DNA of 61,643 nucleotides, filler included, from Hyphochytrium catenoides (taxonomy: Eukaryota > Protista > Hyphochytriomycota): assembly GCA_900088475.1 (NCBI GenBank). It is 12 parts of 12 records of this genome, joined end to end, with 100 filler letters (N's around TTAATTAATTAA, not from the genome) between each part and the next. Parts side by side here need not be neighbours in the genome. Positions count along the whole stretch, not along the records: positions 27,545 to 45,070 come from FLMG01000646.1; positions 45,171 to 46,451 come from FLMG01000465.1; positions 46,552 to 54,188 come from FLMG01004662.1; 9 more parts are not named here. One strand, given 5' to 3'. Positions 33,401 to 47,569 of the stretch are shown piece after piece. The translations under genes were made by a program, and so were the position numbers. The notes under the pieces were generated by a model. That model was not told where the DNA came from. It saw only the letters and a list, made by a program, of their open reading frames with translations, and ran no database searches. Positions within the stretch are counted from its first letter, which is position 1. Every line of letters starts with the position of its first letter.

Positions 33401-36400
33401 GAAGGCGAATCTGCTTCCAGAGACAAGGCTGATCGCATCCTAGATGAGGTTACTGTTCTAGAAGGTGAAGCATCTATCCCAGTAGAGCAATCTCTGGTCT
33501 TCATTGATGGGGCTTCCGCTCCCAGCGTGCTGATTCCACTCCCTGAAGAAGGACCACCATCCAGTGACGAGACTTCGGACCCCAAAGATGAAGCTTCAGG
33601 TACTGTCGAGGAAGCTGCTGGACCCACGGAGGGAGTTCCTGTTTCTTTGGAGGAGGCGTCAAATCTCATAGAAGAGGCACCTTGTCCAAGTGTGAAGACG
33701 GCTGCTTCGTCGAACGAGGCTTTGGAATCCCAAGCGCAAAGTCCGATAGGCCATGGTTCTCTTGCCACCGAAGCGCCCTCTGGTTGCACTCTCAAGGCTG
33801 ACTATGCGCGAGACCAGGGCCAGGACCCCGTTGACAATGCCGGTTCTCTAATGGAAAAGGCAACCACTCTTCTACAGGAGTCTGCCCTTCTTGTTGATTC
33901 TCCTATTCTCACCCTGGATGCTGGTATTCCGGTAGATAGGGCTGCCCCTCCTACTGGGCGGCACGAGGCCTCCCTTAATATGGACAAGGCTGTCCTTCCT
34001 TTAGGGGATGCTCCTGTTGCCGTCGAAGGGGCCCTTTCTGTAGATAAGGTTTCCCTCCCTCCAGAAGAGGCTCCTGTGAGCGTCGAGAGCGGCCTTGCCC
34101 CAGGTGAGGTACTCCTAGAAAAAGCTTCGGCTTTATCCCCTTCTATTCATCATGAGGATGCACCTGTTCCCACAGAAGAAGCTTCCACTCTGTTAGAGGA
34201 GGCTGGGACTACAGTTGAGGAGGTCCAAGCACCTACGAAGGAACCTTTAGAGGCTTCAAAGCTAAACGAGGCTCCAGCGCCACAGAGTGATGACGCGGGA
34301 GAGGCTCCTTTGGCTTTTGATCCTGTGGGTGCCGTAGAACAGGTTCCAGTTCTTGTTGAGGATGCTTCTAAATCCAAGGAAGGTATTACCGCTCCACTGG
34401 AGGAAGCTAGCGTTTCTATTGAGGAAGTCTCATTGGTCCCAGACGAGGCGCCACGTACCATAGAGAAGGTTGCTTCTGCCCCTGAGACTCCAGTTCAAGC
34501 AGTCAAAGCTTCTCCTGTAAGGGAAGAGACCTCTCTCTCTACAAACGAAGCGTCCCTCCTCGTAGAGGGATCTGGGCTTCCCGTTGAGGAGGCAAAGGCA
34601 TCAAGGGACGAGGCTTCGAAGGCTTTACGAGTAGATCATGCACCGGTTTCTGCAGAGATTACTTCTGCTGACACGGAAGATGGTTCTGTCCCCATTGAGG
34701 CGACTTCCGCTTCCACAGAAGGAGAGGCACTCGTTCACAACGGGAAGGCTTCTTTCCCAAAGAGTCCAGTCCTCACAGAGGAAGCTCCCGTTCTCGAAAA
34801 GGAGGCTGCTCTTGCTATAGAGGAAGAATCTCTGCTCGTTGTGGAGGCTGGGCTTCCTATAGAGACGGCGCCGATAGGTACCGAGGAGGCTTTACCACCG
34901 TTAAGCGTAGATGATGCTCCTGCTTCCGGAGTGACTACTTCTACGAGCCCGGAAGAAGCTCCTGCATCCATCCGTGAGGATGCGGATTCTCTTGAGCAAG
35001 CCCCCGTTGCCGCCGATAATGGTTCTGCTCCTAAAGATGAGGGTAGCAACTCTACGGAGGAGCCTACACGTCTTGTAAGAGATGCTGGGCTTAACCTAGA
35101 ATCTATTACTGGACTGACGCCAGAGAAGGCTGCTTCTCTGATTGAGGCTCCAGCTCTTCTGGAGAATACTTTTGCTTCAGGGGATGAGACACCTACTGCC
35201 CTTGAGGAGAGAGCTGTTGCTGCAGTGAGTGAAGACACCCGGCTTATCATTGAGGGAGCTTCTGCTGGGACAGACCTAGATGAGGACTCAGGCGCCGTAG
35301 AGAACAGCGCTTCTGCCGACAAGGGAGAAGCGTTTGCTCCCAGTCTCGAGGCGGAAGAATCTTGTGCTCTCACGGAAGAGGCCCGGGAGGAGGCTTCCGT
35401 TTATACAGAGGAGCTTTCACGTCGCCTAGAGAACACTGGCCTTACCGTTGAAAGGAGCGCTTCTCTGCCTGATGCTGGAACTCCGGTACAAGATACTACT
35501 ACTTTAGAAGAGGAGACTCCTATTTCCTCTGAGGAGGCAGGCATTGCTACACAGGAAGTTGCGGTTCTCATGGACAATGCTGCGCCGATGATTGAGCACG
35601 CTCCTACAGCGACTGGGGAGGTTGTTTTGAACCTTGATGAGGTTCCAACCCCAGGAAACAGCTCTTCTGCTGACGCGGAAGAAGCCCAAGCTACGAACCA
35701 CGAAGCAGGGAACGATAGTACTCCTAAGAATGATGATGCTCTCGCTGAAGTGGAGGAACCTGGCGTTGCGGTTGAGAAGGTTGACGTTTCCGCTGAGATA
35801 TCAGTTGCCGGAGAGAATTCGTTGACTCCATCCAAAGGACAGGAGACTGCTGCTGCTGTTACAGAAGCTTCATTCCTTGCAGCAAGTGCTGACTTTATTG
35901 CGGAGGAGCGTCCAGCTCCTGGAGAAAATCCTTCTGCTAAGACGGAACAAGTAACTTCCTCCACCTTCCAGGCTGCGAGTGTCTTAGAGCAACCGTCAGG
36001 TTTTCTTGAGAAACCTTCTGTTCCCAAAGAGGAGGAGGGCAGTCAGGTGGAGGAGGTTACCGTCATGGAGGAGGCTTCACCTATCCCCAATGAAGCTCCA
36101 GTGGCCTTAGAAGGTATTCGTGCTCCAAAGGAGGAGGCGACAAGTCTCCTCTACCAGGATGCTGTTGCTCCAGAAGAAGCTTCTCCCGTAGCCGAAGGTG
36201 TGCCTACCGTTGAGGAGGTTCATGCATCTCCAGTCGACAATTCGTTCCCAGCTGAGGCTCCAAGTACCGTAGAGAATGCCCCTGCTATCATCGGAGAAGA
36301 TTTTGTTACGACCTTCGAAGCTGGGGCTGGCGTAGAGCAGGATCCTTTGCCCTCACCGACTGCTTCTGCTTCCATGAACGATTCTGATTGCTGTGGTGTG

Positions 36401-38008
36401 GTTACGGAAGAAGCTTCGATCCCTGTAGAGGAGACTAAGTCCACCGTTGGGGAGCCTGCAACCGGGACGGAAAAAGCTTCTTCATCCGCGCAAGAGGGTC
36501 CTGCTTGCAGCCTTCATGATGTAAGCGTGCAGGAACAGGAGCAGGAGCCACTCCTTGGCGAGAATATGCCCGCTGTCAAGGAGGAGGAAGCTCCTGCTCA
36601 TCTGGTGGACGCTTTGCCTACAGAAGACACCTCAGTTGTCGTCGGAGAGGACGCTGAGCTCATAGGCAAGGAGGCTAAAGCAGAGGATATTGCAGCAAGA
36701 GAGACTTCTGCTTCCACCCTGGAGTCTGTGAAGGCAGTAGAGCAGGCTCAAGACCCTAATGTAGAAGCTTCCGCAGCTGAGGAGGCTATTGCTCCTGGGA
36801 AAGATAGTACGGTGCTTACGAAGGAGCCTTCACTTGTACCAGAGAAAAATAGTGATATTGCAGCGGAGGATGCTTCGTCAGTTGATGCATCTGCTCTAGT
36901 GGTAGATTCCCTTGCTTCGAAGGAGGTCCATAGGCCGTCAGAGAAGGAGGCTGATGTTGCAACTGTGGAGACGGCTAACACATTCCTTAGTAAAAGTGTG
37001 GATCTAGCAGACAACGGTCCTGCGATGTCCAACCAGCAGGCCGAGGCTGCTTTGGAGCAGGCTCCAACCCTAAGGGATATTCCGCCCCACAATGACGAGG
37101 GTGAGAGGTTCCCGAAGGAAGCTTCACTTCCGCTAGAAAAGCCCCTTTTAAGTCTCGAGAAGCCTGTGGAAAATCCCACGGAAGTTCAGACTCCGGGTGC
37201 CGTTGAGGATTTCTCTGCTCCTAACGAAGAAACCCGTGCTGCTATGGAGGAAGAAGTCTCTGCTGCCTTGGAAGAGGCTGCTGTTGCTAAAGAGGGAGCG
37301 TCTCCTGTGCTCCAGGTAGAGGCTGAACTGCCTCAGCCTGGAGACCTAGAGGAGGCTTTACACCTAGGTGAGGCAGCCACCCATGTAGAGACCACGCCAG
37401 TTGTCACAGAAGACGCTACTGTTGCTCCTCTTGCGGGCTCTTTCGCTGCCGCCACCCCTGAGAGCTCGGATGCTAAAGAGGAGACGCCAGTTCTCCTTGA
37501 CGAGGGCACCAGGAACGAGGTTGAGCATGTTCCAAGTCCCATGGAAAAGGTCGCAGTTCGTGTAGAGCAGGCCCTCCCTGTCAGCGGCGCCACCACCGGT
37601 GCGAGTGAGGAGGCTTCGACTTCCCTCAATGGAAGCAGTCCTCTGGCCGACGACGAGGTTATGGCGGTACTGTCCCTGGAAGCGACACCTCCTTGCCCGG
37701 AGGAGGAACCCACGAATAGGGAGAAGGAGGAAGAGGCACCAGTGGTTGAACACCCGATCCAGCTGTCAGTAAAGTCCGTCCCCAAACCCAGCACACCGAC
37801 CGGCAAAGTCGCTCCTGCAGCAGGGGAAGAAATGCAAGAGTCCAGGGCTGAGGAGATCCTTCACCAGGTTACAAAGGAGATTCAAGATTATGCTGAAGGA
37901 AGACTCTCGTCCCCGAAAGGTCGGCGCCATTCCATCACGAGGAGATTTTCTTTGACCGCACACAAGGAGAAGAGAAAAGAAGGAGGCTTTCGATGCACTA
38001 TAATGTAG
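30495..38008 (+). CDS. Giant acidic Glu/Ala/Ser/Pro-rich low-complexity protein with C-terminal polybasic-CaaX; exons 30495-30792, 30851-31087, 31140-38008; 2467 aa
   Basis: A 6.9-kb open exon plus two phase-1 GT-AG introns join in frame (7404 nt). The protein ends ...HKEKRKEGGFRCTIM*. Confidence 0.85.
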
Positions 38009-39824
38009 AGCTGGGGGCTCTGCTCTTGATCTTCCTCTTGTAGGGCTGTTCTTGGATCCTCTCTAGGATCATAGCTTAGCTTTTATAACTTATTCTGTAG
38101 TTTAGGTAGCGATGATTGCAGCGACAGCGTCATAGTAGTGGCAGGTAGACAAGCAGAGAAGAGGTTCTCCGACTCAACGATAGCCGCAGGGTAGTAGTAG
38201 CTAGCAAGGGTAGAAGTATTAGGCTCCAGTACATACGATGCATAACGATGGTGAAAAATCACATCTCTGACCTGCGTCTCTTCTGCTTCTGGAGTAACGA
38301 CGGGCCTCCAAGGAGCATATCGCCTTCCTCCACTCGCTGACATGAACAAGCTTATGAGCTAGTAGATAGCACAAGAGACGTCTGACTCGGACGCTGTTCA
38401 AAGAGTCACAGAAATGCTGTATGTTCGACTTCATTCAAGTTCACTGTTAGCAGCAATGACCCTGGCATGGCAAGTGAGATTGGTATCGGCAATCTTGGGC
38501 ATGTTGGACTGAGATCGGTGTTGGCAAAAGTTAGTGGCGACCGGGCATGTTGATGGAGATGGGTGTTAGCAGTAGTGACGGCAGGCATGCTCAGCGGTAT
38601 CTATCGGTCGGACAAACGAAAACAACTGCACCTACGCCGCTGCTGGCGCGCCGTAGCTCATGAAAATCTGTATAGCTAGCACTTCGGAAGAGATATCGGA
38701 CGCCGTGGGGTACATATGCTTCGGGTCAGTGATCAGAGTGGTCAAGAAAAGGTAATATCTCAATGCATCACCAAATCTGCGGGTCAGGATCTCGTGTCAT
38801 AGTGATTTGTGAAGCTTGCTTTCTTAGGTAAACGAGCTCTGTTCCTTGCTAGAGCTTCAGCTGATTTATCAATCTATGCCATTAAGTTGAAGACCGAATC
38901 TGGTGATCCGAAGATTTGATATCCGTCGACGGAATTCGCCGCATTAATTTCTGCAGCGAACTTCAGAATGTGTTTATTCAATTGTAGAGCTATTCCAGAC
39001 CCATTGATACCACTGCTGCGGGACGGGTCTAGCTTTCCCGATGGCAGCGGCCATTGCGTAAAATGCGCTTGCGGCGATGAACAGAGAAGTTCTGTTGAGA
39101 TTCATCGTTTGAGACACTATACCGTCACCTTGGTACAGATTGGAGTGAAGCTCAAGGAAGGTAAGTAGTCTATGCGTGGGCGACTCACCTATGGAGAGGA
39201 AGATGATATTCTACCTGTCCCTAGAGCCAATGGACGATCATCCACCGTCGCCCTGTCCTGAAGTTGGGATTCATGTTGCAGACTACCAAAAGACAGGAGC
39301 AGGGCAAACTAGCGGAGACTCAAAGTGTGGGCTCATCATCATCAGAGAAACCTAGAACGAAGTCGAGAGGTGGATTAGAGTCTTATTCCCTAAGATGAGG
39401 GCGAATGAATTGGTCGATCTAACCTCTCTCATCCGTTACAAGCGCCGGTAACGCCGACCTGTACTTTCCCATGCGTGACTGGAGGTGTCAAGAAAGATCG
39501 TGAGTTCTGGTCTGTCTCCTTCATCGGCAGAATGTTATTGCTATGACTATGGCTCGCGATCCCCTGCCTGATTAGCGTGATGTCACATTAACTCCCCATG
39601 GCAGGATCTGCCACATGGATTGGACAGACCTTCGCCACGCAAAGCAATATGATAAAGCGCAAGCCTTCCGATATGACTCGTAGAAGTGCAGCTACATAAT
39701 TGAGGTTGACGAGACCGATGGGGTGATTATGCCACTCTCAGTCCGTAGCTGTCTTTCAATCCATGACGACGGAGTGGCAATAAGGCTAATCTGGGCCCAT
39801 TAGCTGACCCTCTGCTAACTAATC

Positions 39825-42800
39825 ATGTCCTCAAGGAGGAACTCCCGAATAAGTCCGAACCTGAATGCTTCATTCAGGGACCGCCGGGCAGGAATGGCGC
39901 TAAAGCTTTCCGCACGAGCATCTCAAGATGAGCTCACCCAGCAGGAGCTGGGGGTAAGCGCCCCAGGATTACAAAGTAATAGAGACTACTGAGCCTCATT
40001 GCCGGTTATTGTAGGAGGTGCAAGTGCAAGCATTGAAGCTCATAGAGGAGAAGATCCACGGCGTCCGCGAGAGCATGAAGAGTTCGGCATTGCTAACTGA
40101 ATCGGACGCATCACACCTGTCACCTCGGAGCCGGTAAGCAAAATAGAAAACAAGAGTCAAACGTGCTGCCAGTATCTGGTTTGTCTGATATATCAATCCG
40201 TAGGTTTATTCGGGCACGTCAGCGATCTGAAATGTTTGTGACCTGGCTAGTCTCCCGTTTAAGTGAGCGGACGCTTAACCGCCTCCGGGCTGATTTTATG
40301 AAAGCATCAAGGGTGCGTAGGGCTGAGGCTCTCCTACCTCCCCTCAAATTCTGACAAATGACTGACTTCAAGGTGGTACTCGTTCTATCCTAGATTGATC
40401 TGCCGGACTTCGTATCGCTCCTAATGAAGGCAGTGAATGACCACACTCACGACGATATCATCCAAACCGAGGAGCGACTGAAGATTGAGTTCACAGAGGA
40501 TGAGGTCATCGCCAACCTTGGCAACCTCTTCAACGAAGTTGATGTATACCCCGAACTGTGCTCCACTCGTCGACATTGCAATCACACCTACGGCTAACCC
40601 GAACATTTTCGTGGGTATCAGGAAAATGGGGATGAATCCATCCAGTGGGAGGAACTGGCGGACTTCATCACAGCATTAGCAGTCATCCAGCGTCAGAAAC
40701 GTGAAGAGCAAAAACTTGGCACATTTTCAAGAAAAGAATGTCAAGAAATGGCGAGGTATAGTTGCTGATTACCTCCTTGCTGAATTTAAGGAGGTTGGAA
40801 AGTAATTGTTGACCACCTTCATTTAGAGGTGGCCATGTCGAGAGATTGCAGTATATTCCTGAAAAGGAAGTCATCGCATGCATTGAGGAAGATAAGCCCT
40901 CAATCAGCCTTTTCTCACCTATCACATGCATGGAGGTAGCTGCTCTGGATCCAAAGAGCCAATTTGGTGAGGTGAAAGGACTGTGAACGCTTAGGCTCCA
41001 TGCTTAATGCGTGACTCTCCCTTAGGAGGTGTTCCAATCGCAATGGCATATGCGTCCGGGTTGGATTCGCTTGTGACGACCACTGCGACCATGGACATGC
41101 TTGTGTGGGATATGAAAGCCGGTAGCAATCTTACGTAAAGTCAGGGCTAATGTCAGTTACTTTGCATAGCTAAAGAAAGGGATTCCTCTTGGGTCCATCT
41201 TCCTTTTCAGGACGAACACAATACAAGATCATCGCCAACTATACAACCTCGCAGCCGATCTATGCCATGTGCTGGGCCGCCTCAGCTCAGCTGTTATACA
41301 CCGGAGACGTGAATGGGGTCGTCGCAGGCTGGGACATTCAGGAAGGCGAAATAAGGTCCCCTTCGACTTTTTATGCCTATCAATTTGACGTTGGTAGATC
41401 TTCAGGTCACACTAAGCTTGCTGGGCTTCGCAGGACAGAGTATGAAGGCCATAGTGATATGGTTATGAGCATGGAAGCGATGGATTCCTTAGGTATTTTT
41501 GCTTCAGGAGGAATGGACAAAATGATTATACTTTGGGACTCGTTCATTGGCTCAAAGAAGCGGGTAGGTCATTCTTTTACTAGCTGCTTGCTCGTCAGTT
41601 GCCAAGTTTGTCTATCTAGGAGCTTCGGGGCCATCAAAAGGGTGTTATGACACTCAGCTACAATGAGAAGCACAGGTAAAGCAGACCTGAAGATTACTGC
41701 AGTGCCCTCACTCGGCCACTAATCTAGCCTGCCACCTCTCTGTCAGATGCCTGCTATCGGCTGGGTTTGACAATGATATATTCATTTGGAGTCCGTTTAA
41801 TGTCACCCCAATGACCAGGATGAAGGGTCATTCAGCGCCTGTGGTGGTTGTGGCCGCTGTACCAGACCGGCCTGAAGTCATCTCAGCTGATTCAGCAGGA
41901 TATCTTAAGGTGGTTCTACACTCCTCTCCTTGTACAATCAACGAGTACTAACACCGTCTGGCTTGTTGACGCTGCTCCGTGGTAAACGCTATTCCTGATG
42001 CCAGCTGTGGGATATCCGCAGTTATGAATGTCTGCAGACCTTCACAGACGACAGACAGGGAATGAAAGGTCTTTCGGCACTTTGTTATTGCTGGCAAGAT
42101 AAGATCGGTACCAAGCATAATACCTACGTCCCACCATCACATCGCTGGCATCCCAGAATTCTTACTGGCAGGGCAAAGCTTGTTATGTTCGAGCAGGTAA
42201 GTTGATGGGCTCATCTTCCTTTGAAGCAGATGCATGCTCAACGAGTATCTCCCTCACTACTAACGTCGTCCTTACGTTAACATCTCCCTATATGCCACTT
42301 CTTATTGGCCTATGATTGTAGCAGGCCTCTGGAGACCTAGTTTCTTCTGATAAGCCTGCACAGCAACAGCTTTCCTCTGCCATCTTCAACCCCGATCTGC
42401 TGCTCTTACTTACGGCCATAGGACGGACTGTTAAAGTATGGGATGTCGTAACAGGCAACCTGTCACGGATATTCCAGAACATCACCGAAAGTGATATAGC
42501 GGGTGACTCATAATAACTCTCATGTCAGTGGCGCTTTCGTTTAACCTCACGCATTCCCTGCTTTTGCCTAGATATCTGCTTTAGTGCATCAAATAGAAAG
42601 TTTATCACAGGCGAAGAGAATGGCAAAGTTAAGGTAAGCTTGAAATGTTTGGTCTTTCAGGCTGGCAAAGCTTGCGTGCATTAGTTGTCTTGTGGGCTAA
42701 AGTGCGCTTAAAGATCTTCAGTATCCGGACTGGGTATTTGTTGAAGGAAGTGGCAAGCGGTTCCGCTGGAATCAGTCATGTTATGTACTGCAGGACGGTA

Positions 42801-44835
42801 AGTAATATCTTGATTGCCCCTGCCGGAAGTTCAAGGAAAAGCAATGTCTTCTCCCTTGGTGACACCAGAATAAGGCTATCATGTCCGTATCAAAGGACCT
42901 TGTTCTCAAAGTCCACCCCGAAGCTTCGATATCGAAGGAGCCAGAGAAGGTGAATGGGTATATTGCTTTTTGCTCGTTTATAGTCACTTAGATGTGGTCA
43001 ACCGCCTTCCCTTTGTCTTCATTCAACCTAAATAGGATGGGAGCCGGATGATGAATCTAGCACTGGGCCAAAAGACGGTCGTCAATGCATGCACAATTTG
43101 TGGCCCACCACTGGACCTCATAGCCACTGGTGGAGATGATCAGAACATCCGTTTATGGGACAGCTGCTCTGGCAAACTTCAAACAACGGTCAAAATGACT
43201 GGCCCTGTGCTTGCTCTCGCCTTCGGTCCGCAGCTAGGCGTACTTTTTGCTTCGGACACTTTAGGTATAGTGAAGGTATGTTCCCAAAGGCCTCAGACTT
43301 GTCCGACAGCAAGAATGGCACATTCTGAGCAGAGATATACCAATAGATTTGGAGATTAAGTATCTCTGCCGACCCACTTTTGACAAGTCAATTTGCTCAT
43401 GGACCAGTGGTCCTCCGTGAGTCACCACTTTCCGCTACGGATAACGTTGATGCCGCCGGAGCTCCATACTTGAACTCACACATCAACTGCGAGGGCAATA
43501 AGGAACCTGACAGGTGCGAGGGTGAAGGCACGACATTTTACTTAGACCACCCTACATAGCCCCCCGCCCCTCTCTGACACTGAGAGCAGGACGAGGACTA
43601 GAGGTCAAGACGATAATGCAGAAACTTCAGGTTCGACAGCGGTTTGTTCCATGGCCTATTTGGAATACCATGGAGTTTTGGTGACCGGTAAGTCGCCTAA
43701 TGAGCGTTCTGTAAACTGCACTACATTTACCCTTCCTCCCCTGTCCTTATAACATACGAATCCAGGGGATGACAATGGGCGAGTTACAATGTGGAGCATG
43801 CATGACGTGTTACATGACCCTTCTTCAAAAAGATCTCTTATCACCGGGACCAACCTAGCCATGGAGATTGCCCGGGCCGGGGTCGTCGTAGCACAACGGG
43901 GGACCTGCGAGGGGAGTAGCCACACCAAGTCTTCCAGGCTGTCCAATCTATCTGATCCTGAAGTATTATGGGTGCGGCAAGGTCACGAGGGGAGAGTTTC
44001 TCAGATTCATGTGACTCACGGGATGGAGTCCGAGAGCGTTCAGAGTGTTCTCAGCATCGGCCTTGATAACGTCGTTCAGCTTTGGAGTTGTTACGGAGAA
44101 CATTTGGGTTCGATATATTTGGTAACACGACACATTGACTACATGTAACGCGGTGGAGAGATTGTAAGACTAAGATTAACGCTCACAGGCGTCAGGGTTC
44201 AATGCTGGCGAAAGATGGAGCTTCACTCCTGATATCGTTTCGCGTGAGAGTAACACTGCCAATCTGGTCGAAAGCCTTCGCAAGGAAATCGATCACCGTG
44301 AAACAAGCAACAGGAAGCGAAGTACTCTAAGTAAGTATCGTCTAGATCACATTATCATTAGAAAGCGATTCATCTTTGCTTTGAAGAGGCAGTGGGGCAT
44401 AGCAATGGCCAATCAGGATCATGGCAGCAGATGGCAAGGGAGCATTTAGGGCGACTACGGGACAGCGCCAACCTTGGGTCAGAGGTAAATTGCAGCAACA
44501 GGCCTGCAACACTTTTGGAAGTGAATGCCGAAGAGCGGCGGCACCGCAATGCTAAAAACGCTCTGACACAACTGCAAGAAGTAGTAGATGTTAGCAAGTC
44601 TAGGAGGTACGAGGAAATTACTAAGGAAAAGCGTGAGTCCTTGAAGTTTGAAGAAAGCTCCGACGGAGATCCCAACGCGGTGCACAAGTCCTCTCTCAGC
44701 CACAAGGAGCTTTTAAGTGATGTGGAAGTGCCACTTCTACTAAGCAGGCCTGGTGTTCGAACGTCCAGTCCAGAGGGCCGCCGACGCTCATCGGTTTCCG
44801 CTCTGGCTTTATCCGCAAAGAACATGTTAGCTTGA
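39825..44835 (+). CDS. EF-hand plus WD40-repeat protein (WDR49/EFCAB8-like); many short introns
   Basis: The EF-hand LFNEVD|ENGDESIQWEELADFI spans an intron. WD repeats include GHSDMV..FASGGMDKMIILWD, LLSAGFDNDIFIWS, GHSAPVV, IATGGDDQNIRLWD and SIGLDNVVQLWS. The ends are approximate. Confidence 0.8.
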
Positions 44836-45808
44836 TATTTCTATTTATTCGTCCATGTGGTCTCATCATTCAGATGCGAACCCAATGGACATTACCAGTG
44901 TAAAGTGTAATCACTTACTAGGCCCAATGGCCTGACTGTACCTCTCCCTTCGATGCGCCCACTAACGCACTCTAGGAACTAGATCTTCCCCTGCAGGAGG
45001 TTTCTGACCATCAAGTTAAGGCTGATTCGCACCGTTTGTCCCAACGTGACAAGATCTCTGAAGACAACAANNNNNNNNNNNNNNNNNNNNNNNNNNNNNN
45101 NNNNNNNNNNNNNNTTAATTAATTAANNNNNNNNNNNNNNNNNNNNNNNNNNNNNNNNNNNNNNNNNNNNCCGATTATGAGCTGAAGAGCGTTGACTGAG
45201 CCCTGTGGGACGGAGATGGAGAAAAGAGAGAGAGAGACGGAGGGAAGAGAAGAGGAGAGAGATGCAGTTATGGGAGAACGATTTACGGGATGGGCCAACA
45301 AAGAAGCGGAATGGAAAGAAAAAGTGGTAGCCCCTGCTTCCCTATTGGTCTCTCTCTCTCTCTCNNNNNNNNNNNNNNNNNNNNNNNNNNNNNNNNNNNN
45401 NNNNNNNNNNNNNNNNNNNNNNNTCTCTCTCTCTCTCCCAACCCTCTCTCTCTCTTACTCCCTCTCTCTCTCTCTTACGCTCTCTCTCTCTCCCTCTCTC
45501 CCTCTCTCTCCCTCTCTCTCCACCTCCCTCTCTCTCTTGCGCTCTCTCTCTCTCTTTCTCTCCCTTTCACTTTGCCCTCCCTTGTTTCTAGGAACAACCT
45601 CCCCTCACCTGTTGCAGCTCAACTACTCCCCAAAGTCCTAACATATAGTTCTAAAGTGCAAGAGGCTGCTCTCTTAGCGTTGTGCGGCTGGACGTTGCAG
45701 CTGCTGCTTGGTGGCAAGGGTAAGCGGAGGGAGAGACGTCGACTGGGAGGAGGGACAAAGTGATCAAAAGGAGGTGCTGAGGAGGTAAATGAGATAGGAG
45801 AGAGACAA

Positions 45809-45845
<37 letters not shown>

Positions 45846-46136
45846 GAGGGAAATGATGAGGAGTGGGGGAAAGAGGATAGAGGGTGAATAGGGCATAGGA
45901 TAGCGGACTTTGGCAGAGAAAGAGAGGGAGAGAAGAGAGCAAGACGTGGAGGGAGGAAGAAGAAGAGTTAGATCGCTCGCTCGCTTGGGTGCCATCATCA
46001 TCATCTGGTGCTGTACCATCATCCACAGAGTGTTAGAGGAGGTGCTTGCCCCTGGCAAGTGCAGCCCGCAGTGACAGTTGCTGCTGAAAAGAATTAGTCG
46101 ACATCTTCGGGTCCAATCCTTTGAGGAGAGAGAGAG

Positions 46137-46170
<34 letters not shown>

Positions 46171-47569
46171 GTGAGAAAAGCTCCTAGAGAAGTAGAGGTG
46201 TATTTATGAAAAAGAAAGGGAGAGTGATGAAGGCCAGAAAAGAGAGAGAGGAAAAGAAGAGATCCCACCATCCTCTCGTTCTCTCCCCACTGCTCTAGCC
46301 GTGAAGTTAGGACTAAGGAACGCAAGCAAAGGCGGTCAATGATCTGCTGGACGTGAGCCTACCTGCTCACGCTTTCTCTCTCTTCTCTCTCTCTTTACGG
46401 CGATCCACAACCAGCGACGGACTGGACAAGTAAGAGACCGGTGAAGGATCANNNNNNNNNNNNNNNNNNNNNNNNNNNNNNNNNNNNNNNNNNNNTTAAT
46501 TAATTAANNNNNNNNNNNNNNNNNNNNNNNNNNNNNNNNNNNNNNNNNNNNTCTCTCTCTCTCTCTCGCCCTCCGTCTCTCTCGTTCCTCTCTCTCCTGT
46601 TTATGTTTCGTGATCCCCTCTTGCTGTCCCTCGCCATCTAGTTGAACTGTTTTTCTCCCCTGTTGTCCCCTCTCCTCTCTGTGTCTCTCCTTGTTGTCGC
46701 TTGATCTTTGTCTCCTGCTCTCCTGTCAGGTCACCTATCCCTGGTCTCTCCTCTTTGTACCTCTGCCTCCCAGGCTCTCTCTCACTTCTCTCTCTCCGTT
46801 CCCTTTCTTCTCTTCCTGGTCACCAGTTTTCGCCTTGTCCTCTATAATACATCGGGCCTGGTGCTATCCTTTGGGTCTCGTGGTGGCTCCTCGAAAGAGA
46901 GAGAACACGTTTCTCTTCTCTCTGTCTCTCTGTCGCTATCCCCCGCTCTATGTCTCACGGGTCCTCTAATTCTCTCTCTAAGAGTCAGTCCTTCATAAGC
47001 TTTCTCCTCTTCTGTCTCACCTCGCCGCTCTCACTCTTCTCTTCTTCTTCCCTCGTCTTCCCATCTCATCCCGCAGCCCCACGAGAGTAAGAAGGTACCC
47101 CGTCATCAACGTCCGCTGCTGGGAATAGACAGAAAGTGAGAGAAGAGAGCGAAAGAGAAAAAGAGAGAGAGGAGAGACTCTGATGAATGGGCGCTGCTGC
47201 TAGCCATTTATAATAACAACAGGTTGCCTCTCCTTGCGCTGATGTCGACAGCTTAAGGAGGCAAAGACGGCGCGGAGACGCAAAAGAAGAGAAGAGAACA
47301 GACAGTGGATAATAGTATTTCAAAGGCCCGGAAGCTGTAGGCACCAGCGCGTTCCTTGCATCATCTCTTCACAGTTTGCGCCAGCGTGAGGAGGCGTCAG
47401 TAGAGAAGAATCTTCAGGCTTCAGGAGAAAGCCCGATGCTGATGAGGAGTAGAGAAGAGAAGAAGGAGGAGAGCAACAGGAGGAACGAGAGAGAGAAGAG
47501 AGAGTAACGCAGAGAAACAAAGGAGAGAGAGAGAGAGCACACAGGAGGAGAGAGAAGAGAGAGAGAGAG

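Noticed and set aside
31198-37963. Numerous antisense ORFs inside the giant acidic gene
   Set aside because: They are shadow ORFs caused by biased codon composition.
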